From a virus (Duplodnaviria; Caudoviricetes), in the IMG/VR virus record IMGVR_UViG_3300032312_001958: DNA of 64,000 nt, one strand, 5' to 3'. Positions 57,714 through 64,000 of this stretch are shown here, piece by piece. Every line of letters begins with the position of its first letter. The first letter of the stretch is position 1. The position numbers were made by a program, and so were the translations under genes. The notes beneath the pieces are model-generated. The model saw only the letters and a program-made list of their open reading frames with translations, ran no database searches and had not been told where the DNA came from.

Positions 57714-58487
57714 TTATATTATAATCCAATTTTTATTATAAATGTCTTCAATATCTTTTGGACCTGATGGACCAAACCAAAAACTAGGAGCAATAATTAA
57801 TCCATTATTTTGATTGAGGTAAGACCCCCACCAACTAAAACTACTATTAGATATTATATTATTATCACTTTGTACCATTAAATTTAAATCAAAAATTTCA
57901 GAATTAAACTCAGAAAAAAATATATTGTCTCCTTTAAATTTTTTTTTACACCATTCAATATCATCTGAAATTATAACAAAGATTGAATCCTCAATTTTAT
58001 TCATTGAGACATTATAGTACCCTAAAGGACAAGAAATATGATAGTTAGGATTGTTTAAATAATCTCCTCGTCTAACGTGAACAGATGTTATTTTTTTATT
58101 ATTTCTAATACTATTCAAAAATGAGGTAACTTGGTTTTTGACATCTTCATCAAAATAAAATAGATTTTTAATATCATCTTTATATTCTTCAAAATATTTT
58201 TCACTTTGGAAATATCCGTCTAAATATATATTATTTTTGATTGGTAATTTTGTATAACTAAATTTTGGTTCAAGGTACCCTTCTAATTCTGAAAAATTAA
58301 TTTTTTTGTTAGGTATTTTTTTAAAAAAATTATCTTTATACCTATTTGACTCAAATCCTTGAGCTGGAGTATAACAGTCCTCAAAGTCAAAAAAACAATC
58401 AGTATTTACATCTTTACTTAACGCAAAAGTTGCGGCGATTTGAAACATTTGGTTACCTAATCCACCCTTTAATTTACAACTTATCAT
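57714..58487 (-). CDS. Alpha-1,2-fucosyltransferase (GT11)
   Basis: GGLGNQMFQ, GYFQSEKYF, HVRRGDY, SDD..WC, NSSFSWWG. Confidence 0.93.
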   Translation of the reverse strand: MISCKLKGGLGNQMFQIAATFALSKDVNTDCFFDFEDCYTPAQGFESNRYKDNFFKKIPNKKINFSELEGYLEPKFSYTKLPIKNNIYLDGYFQSEKYFEEYKDDIKNLFYFDEDVKNQVTSFLNSIRNNKKITSVHVRRGDYLNNPNYHISCPLGYYNVSMNKIEDSIFVIISDDIEWCKKKFKGDNIFFSEFNSEIFDLNLMVQSDNNIISNSSFSWWGSYLNQNNGLIIAPSFWFGPSGPKDIEDIYNKNWIII

Positions 58488-59187
58488 ATTTAGTCTTACT
58501 TCTAATTTTTAGGGCAATATCATTAACTAATGATAAATCTATTTTATGGTCATTTAAAGGATTTGTGTCATTATATATGTAATTTATCTCAGGCATAAAA
58601 TGGTAATGTTCTTCCCCTGACATTTCAAGCATCGGAAACATAAATGATAAATCTCCAGTTACTTTCCAATAATTTCCATTCTCATCTTTTAAATCTTCTT
58701 GTTTTATTTTTCTCCATAAAAACGCTCTCCAAGTTCTCATATGAGTCGCGGTAAATCTTGAGTTTCTTAAATCATTAAAATTCTCTTGTCTTTGTGAAAA
58801 ACCGTTAACTCCATTCGGATATTTAAATGACCCGTTTGCAATCCAAACATTTTCATTTTTATATACATTATTAACTCGCTCAAACACTTTAGAATCGGGT
58901 AACCAATCATCACCATCAACCTCTATTACTATTTCATTATCTCCAATATTTGTATAATTTCTTAAAACATTATCGTAATTACCAGGTTGATATAACTTTG
59001 TTTTATTTTCAATCAGAATAAATCTATCATCATTTTTTATTATTTCTTTTATAATATTAACTGAATTATCCGTAGATAAATCATCAGTAATATAACATTT
59101 AAAATCTTTGAAAGATTGTGACATTATACTAAATAGAGATTTTTGAATATAGTTCTCACAATTGTATACAGTTGTTAATATAACCAT
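58474..59187 (-). CDS. GT2 glycosyltransferase
   Basis: YN.E.YI...L.S..Q, DD.STD.S, VDGDDW. Confidence 0.88.
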   Translation of the reverse strand: MVILTTVYNCENYIQKSLFSIMSQSFKDFKCYITDDLSTDNSVNIIKEIIKNDDRFILIENKTKLYQPGNYDNVLRNYTNIGDNEIVIEVDGDDWLPDSKVFERVNNVYKNENVWIANGSFKYPNGVNGFSQRQENFNDLRNSRFTATHMRTWRAFLWRKIKQEDLKDENGNYWKVTGDLSFMFPMLEMSGEEHYHFMPEINYIYNDTNPLNDHKIDLSLVNDIALKIRSKTKYDKL

Positions 59188-59189
59188 AA

Positions 59190-59936
59190 TTAAAAAACTT
59201 TAACTCGTTTATTTAAATAGGATTTGTAATCCTCAATATGTTCATTTTCACTCATTAACACATAAAGGGTTAATCCATTTTTTTTATTAAAATCACTTAG
59301 TCTTTCGGCCCTTAATTTTTGTTTGTATAGATGTAAATTAATACCTAAAAATTTATAATGTAACATTTTTAAATCTTCTCCATTATATATTTTTACTTCA
59401 CCAATTGGGTTACAGGTATGGGCTCCAAAAGAATAATTTATTTCTTTTATTTTATTACAGTCAAACATCATCATTTTATCTAACACAGAAGTTCTGACCC
59501 CATATTTAATTTTTTCTAAAAAGTTATCTTCTGAATTTGGACTATACTCTAAATCTGCGACCATATGAAAACCATTTGGTTTAAACAGAGTAAATCCTTC
59601 GTTTTTAGATTTTATTAAAAAATCATTCATATTTGGATGGTATAGGAACTCATCAGAGTCCCCAATAATTACGTAATCTGCAACACCAACACTATTTTTC
59701 CAAACTTGATTTTTAACTAAAACATGTATTCCATCATTAAATTGATTATTAGTTTCAAAGTTAACGACTTCGACATTATTAAATGATTTGGCAACTAAAA
59801 TGCTATTGTCTGTCGAACCATTATCAACAATTGTTATTTTTTCACAAAATGTTGAGTAGTATTTTATTAAATGAGGTAAAATTTCCTCTTCATTAAAACA
59901 TAAAAAAAATGCGTGTACTATAGGTTTTTTATTCAT
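59190..59936 (-). CDS. GT2 glycosyltransferase
   Basis: NE...L...I.YY, VDNGSTD, D.DEFL, LHYK. Confidence 0.85.
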   Translation of the reverse strand: MNKKPIVHAFFLCFNEEEILPHLIKYYSTFCEKITIVDNGSTDNSILVAKSFNNVEVVNFETNNQFNDGIHVLVKNQVWKNSVGVADYVIIGDSDEFLYHPNMNDFLIKSKNEGFTLFKPNGFHMVADLEYSPNSEDNFLEKIKYGVRTSVLDKMMMFDCNKIKEINYSFGAHTCNPIGEVKIYNGEDLKMLHYKFLGINLHLYKQKLRAERLSDFNKKNGLTLYVLMSENEHIEDYKSYLNKRVKVF

Positions 59937-61929
59937 TATTCATTAATTTAATCCATTTATCTAAAATTTCTTTGTTTGTTAGAGTTACATCAGGATTATT
60001 AGTTACTTCATTTCCGTAAAATTTAACACCTGTTAACTCACATTCATCTTTAACTAAAGTTGCAACTTCACTGTTAGATGACAAGTATGCTCTACCTATC
60101 ATATCATATATTTCTTGTTTATTTTCTAAAAATCCTTTTAAAACTACTTTATCACTTAATAATGGTCTAACTTTATTTTCAAAATATTCGGTATTAGGTT
60201 CCCCAAAAAGATAAACTTTTTGACACCCATCAGATAACGCCCTTTCAATTGAAACGTGAGTTTGTTTATTTTCATCAAATGAGCCAATAACTCCAGCAAT
60301 TAATTCTAATCCTTTTTTATCTTTTTTAATTAATTTTTGCTTTAAATTAGGGATTATTGAGTATTCTCCATTATATAAGTTATGGTATTCTCTATGACTA
60401 TCATTCAAAAATACCACTTCGTCCCAAAATTGGGTAATTTTTCCAACTTCAAATAAATCCTTTTCGTGACAAGAAAGTATTACTTTTCTTACATTAGGTC
60501 TTGACGGTAAATTTATAAAATGTGTAATTAATATGTCACTTGTGTCAAGTTTTAAATTATCTAATTTATCTGATTTACATTTATTTAAGTGCCAATCATG
60601 GGGACCATAAAATGTTACATCGTAACCTAATTTATTTAATTCGTTTGTTAGATTAATAAAAGCAACTGTAGAACCACCTCGATTAGACCACCCACTTACA
60701 ATTTTTATTTTTTTTATTTTTGGTCTTGGTACGTTAATCGATAACTCTGGAATTTCTATTTTTTCAATATCAATTGAGTAGTATTTAGATAGACTATCTT
60801 TTATCATCTCATCAAATACTACATATTTAATGACACTTGGGTCAATGACAGGAGTTTCTAAAATTTCTTGAAAATCAGTTATTACAGGTATTAATTCAGT
60901 ATTTTGATAAAGTCTACTAATATGATTGTATACTTCTTTTTTATTAAAAATAATTAAGTCAAAACTAACATCTTTAATTTTATATAATGTATTTGGTTTT
61001 GAAACTTCTTTAACATTTCCTGAATTAAAAATCCATTTCCCGTCCCCAATTCTTAAACCTGGAGGTTCATTAATTGAGGTAAAATTAATCTTATTTCTTA
61101 AAGTTTCCTCTATGGTTTCTGGTTTAATATTTGAAGAAACTGTTATGTTATAATTGTCATTTAGTAATTGATTAACAACTAAATAAAAATACTTTTCAAA
61201 ATCTTTAGACTCAAAAGTGTCAAAACATATAATGGCCCTTAAAATTTCTCCTTTTCTTCTTACTTTTTGTAAAGTTACAGGTAAATTATCTTTATATTTT
61301 TCAGAAAATTGAATTCTGTTTTTTTCCCATTTGTCATTTGTCATTCCAATTGATTTGTGGTTAACCCTAATTAAAGTAGTTACACCATTTTTCACTCCCG
61401 ATATAAAATTTTCAAAACAAAAAGACACGTCATAAAAATGAAACCCCTCAAATTCAATATCAAATTCTTTTTTAATTTTTGTTTTGTCAATACCAAAAAA
61501 TAATCCATCAACAACTATAGTCTCTTCAATAACTTGATTTAAATCAGGTGAATATTCTGATAACCAAGTTTTACCTTCATGGGTATGTAAAACTTTACCA
61601 TACATTTTTGACCTATCTTCCCACCACATACCACTTTGAGGAATGTGTTTAGTACCGGCAACTCCAATAATACCAAATTCAGGGTTTCTTAAAAATAACT
61701 TAACTAATTTTTGTCCCCATTGTTTTGTTTCAACTGTAATATCATCATGACAAAAAACGATAATATCATTTTCTGATTCTTGTAAGATTTCGTTATAAAC
61801 AGTTGTTAAACCCTTTTCACCATTATTAACCTTTTCAATAATTTGAGCCTTAGGAAACCCACAAGATTTTTTAAGATATTCTTGAAATTCAGGGTCACTT
61901 TTTCTTGTACTATATCCAATTGTTATCAT
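59929..61929 (-). CDS. Bifunctional glycosyltransferase (GT-A N-domain fused to GT-B-like C-domains)
   Basis: YN..L......VFCHDD..GIIGVAG..VDG.F..FD..F.GFHFYD; C-part GGS.VA..NL..EL...G.DV. Confidence 0.8.
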   Translation of the reverse strand: MITIGYSTRKSDPEFQEYLKKSCGFPKAQIIEKVNNGEKGLTTVYNEILQESENDIIVFCHDDITVETKQWGQKLVKLFLRNPEFGIIGVAGTKHIPQSGMWWEDRSKMYGKVLHTHEGKTWLSEYSPDLNQVIEETIVVDGLFFGIDKTKIKKEFDIEFEGFHFYDVSFCFENFISGVKNGVTTLIRVNHKSIGMTNDKWEKNRIQFSEKYKDNLPVTLQKVRRKGEILRAIICFDTFESKDFEKYFYLVVNQLLNDNYNITVSSNIKPETIEETLRNKINFTSINEPPGLRIGDGKWIFNSGNVKEVSKPNTLYKIKDVSFDLIIFNKKEVYNHISRLYQNTELIPVITDFQEILETPVIDPSVIKYVVFDEMIKDSLSKYYSIDIEKIEIPELSINVPRPKIKKIKIVSGWSNRGGSTVAFINLTNELNKLGYDVTFYGPHDWHLNKCKSDKLDNLKLDTSDILITHFINLPSRPNVRKVILSCHEKDLFEVGKITQFWDEVVFLNDSHREYHNLYNGEYSIIPNLKQKLIKKDKKGLELIAGVIGSFDENKQTHVSIERALSDGCQKVYLFGEPNTEYFENKVRPLLSDKVVLKGFLENKQEIYDMIGRAYLSSNSEVATLVKDECELTGVKFYGNEVTNNPDVTLTNKEILDKWIKLMNNE

Positions 61930-62525
61930 ATCCCTGTACTCCCAAACCCGTTTTCTCCACGGTCTTTATCATTTATTTTTTCAACCTTAACTAAATTAAC
62001 ATTTCTGCCGGGGTAACATTTTGACAAAACTGCCTGAGCAATTTTCATACCCTTATTTATTTTAAACTGTTCTTTATTTGTGTTAAAAATTATGACCTGA
62101 ACTTCACCAGTATAACCCTCGTCAACAGTTCCAGGACTATTAAGTACCATTAGACCTTGTTTAAGTGCCAAGCCACTTTTAGACCTTACTTGAATCTCAA
62201 AACCTTCAGGAATTTCAAATCTAATTCCGGTAGGTACCAAAGACCTACCAAATCCTTCTATCAAAATATCCTGAGTTGAATATAAATCAAATCCACTATC
62301 TGAAATGTAATTATAATTTAAATCTAAATTAGACTCAGAAGAATACGACAAATCAACTTTATTCATTGATTCTGCCATATGATTTTCAAAATCTTTTAAG
62401 TCAATACCATAATCATCATAAATCTGTTTATATAAATTTATATCTGATTCTTTATCTAAAGAATCTTGAATTTTTTTCATTTCTTTATACAAATCAAAAT
62501 CCTCGTCGTTAATATCTAAACTCAT
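61926..62525 (-). CDS. dut: Trimeric dUTPase with an N-terminal extension
   Basis: SGFDL, VPTG, RSKSGLA, NSPGTVDEGYTGE, IAQ, RG..GFGSTG. Confidence 0.95.
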   Translation of the reverse strand: MSLDINDEDFDLYKEMKKIQDSLDKESDINLYKQIYDDYGIDLKDFENHMAESMNKVDLSYSSESNLDLNYNYISDSGFDLYSTQDILIEGFGRSLVPTGIRFEIPEGFEIQVRSKSGLALKQGLMVLNSPGTVDEGYTGEVQVIIFNTNKEQFKINKGMKIAQAVLSKCYPGRNVNLVKVEKINDKDRGENGFGSTGI

Positions 62526-63223
62526 TTTAAATTTTTAATTTTTTTAACAACATTTATTAATACCTCAACGTCTTTTTCACAATAATCTTGTATTTCTTGG
62601 TATTTGTTTTCATTCCAAAAATAATAATGTACTTTATTTCCGGTCACTTCCATATTTTTAGAAGATTCGACCCCTAAAGAAATGCACATTAATTCTAAAG
62701 AACTAATTGCTCCAAATTGACCAAACTGCCAAATATCTTTAGTGTCAACCGCTTTAATTTCCCATGGCTTAGTATCGGGAGTTGGTAAAATTGATGATGG
62801 TAATATACCATTAATAATCATTCTTTTACCTAACACAGGAATATCAAAATTTTTGATGTTATGACCACAAAGTACAAACCCTAATTTGTCAACACGATTT
62901 AATAGTGTGTTTACATCCTTCAATAGTTGAGTTTCATCTGAATTAAAAAAAGTTTGTTTTTTAATTGTGTCATCAGGTCCTACAAATCCTACTGAAACAC
63001 AAATTATTTTACAAAATTCAGGTACTAAAGCAGCTCGGTTAACAAATATATCTTCTTTTGATTTATCTGAATCTTCAGTAAATCTTTTTTGAAACCAATC
63101 TAAATAATTATCAAATTGATAACAAAGAGACGGGTAGTCTCTTTTGAAAGTATCGTAATTACTTGAAACCCCGACAGTCTCAATATCTATAAATAATAGT
63201 TTGTTTAATGGGTACTGTATCAT
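62522..63223 (-). CDS. DEDD 3'-5' exonuclease (PolB-exo-like)
   Basis: LFIDIETV, GHNIKNFDIP, DT...W.FG, YCEKDV. Confidence 0.88.
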   Translation of the reverse strand: MIQYPLNKLLFIDIETVGVSSNYDTFKRDYPSLCYQFDNYLDWFQKRFTEDSDKSKEDIFVNRAALVPEFCKIICVSVGFVGPDDTIKKQTFFNSDETQLLKDVNTLLNRVDKLGFVLCGHNIKNFDIPVLGKRMIINGILPSSILPTPDTKPWEIKAVDTKDIWQFGQFGAISSLELMCISLGVESSKNMEVTGNKVHYYFWNENKYQEIQDYCEKDVEVLINVVKKIKNLK

Positions 63224-63226
63224 AAA

Positions 63227-64000
63227 TTATTTTAATAAACTGAAATAAAGTTCTTTTCTATCTTTTGTTACGTTATTTAAATCGTATGTTTTTGAAACTG
63301 TCTCGTATAATCTTTCACCTAAATCAACAATCATATTTGGATTATCGACTAATTTTTTGATGTGTTTTGACCAATCAGAATGGTTACGAGTCTCTTCAAC
63401 CAATAAAGCATTACCGTCAACAAATTCACCATTTTTAAGAGCGTGTTTTAAATCAATTGTGTAAGGACCAATATTAGATGCGATTAAAGCTTTCTTATAG
63501 AACCCTGCTTCAATAACCTTCAACTGTGACTTAACTCTATTAAAAATATGGTTTTTAATTGGCGCTAAAGATATATCAAATTTAGAATAATTCTTAGCAT
63601 AAGATGTTGTTGGTAAGGTCCAAACTCTTCTATAACCCTCATTTAATTCGTTGAAGTAAGACTCATCTTTGAATTTCATAAGATGTGTTTTATACTCATC
63701 ACCTACAGTCTTATAATTGTTTGTGAAAATTTCTTCATATTTCACCCAAACTGTTTCGTCAGGTCTAATAGGTCTGACTTTTTTCTCACCTGTGTCTTTA
63801 TTATACTCGGTCATACTACCACGTGTGTCAAATCCGCACAAGACATATTGAATTTTATCATTTAAACTACCTAATTTACTTACCATTCCGTCTAAAAGAT
63901 ATAAGTCATGTAAGTGAGATGAACCTCCAAGCCACCCAACTCTGATTCTGTCCGATTCTAAAGTTTTTTCTTTAAACTGTGGTTCATTAGGGTCAATTGC
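63227..64000 (-). CDS. GT-B (GT4-like) glycosyltransferase, 5' end outside the window
   Basis: Frame open to 64000: AIDP..RVGWLGGSSH..DL; DISLAP....FN..KS.LK.IEAG..KALIAS. Confidence 0.85.
   Translation of the reverse strand, partial: AIDPNEPQFKEKTLESDRIRVGWLGGSSHLHDLYLLDGMVSKLGSLNDKIQYVLCGFDTRGSMTEYNKDTGEKKVRPIRPDETVWVKYEEIFTNNYKTVGDEYKTHLMKFKDESYFNELNEGYRRVWTLPTTSYAKNYSKFDISLAPIKNHIFNRVKSQLKVIEAGFYKKALIASNIGPYTIDLKHALKNGEFVDGNALLVEETRNHSDWSKHIKKLVDNPNMIVDLGERLYETVSKTYDLNNVTKDRKELYFSLLK

Noticed and set aside
47531-64000. Bacterial chromosomal LPS/capsule locus, i.e. a prophage boundary
   Set aside because: Contiguous and co-directional with phage-type dut, phoH, exonuclease and gp55-like sigma, similar AT content, and no integrase, att site or transport genes seen

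Overview
64 kb of an AT-rich, T4-like large or jumbo phage genome in the standard genetic code. The host is very likely Bacteroidota: TAnnTTTG promoters are present, Shine-Dalgarno sites are not evident, and there is a DUF4494-like gene and a GN-starting tmRNA tag. The head module comprises terminase, portal, gp21 protease, gp22 scaffold and gp23 major capsid protein, with ribosomal protein bS21 inserted antisense inside it. The window also carries a gp55-like late sigma factor, tRNA-Arg(UCU), a complete tmRNA with an unusual 21-aa tag, a ClpC-like ATPase, and a ~16 kb cluster of glycosyltransferases, methyltransferases, gmd, phoH and dut. Two structures not explained by the gene calls stand out. 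(1) About 15 otherwise unrelated proteins (muramidase, M23 peptidases, PG-binding protein, membrane-helix proteins, a broken ADP-ribosyltransferase, basic Cys-rich modules) share four short amphipathic tags at N-terminal, C-terminal or internal positions, bounded by (L/I/V)-x-E sites like those cut by T4 gp21. This suggests a modular capsid-cargo addressing and polyprotein system, and a tag-only deletion remnant is present. (2) A TATTTAT element lies only 4-6 nt before many start codons, sometimes as a bidirectional palindrome, implying near-leaderless late mRNAs. All family names come from motif recognition by eye; no searches were run.
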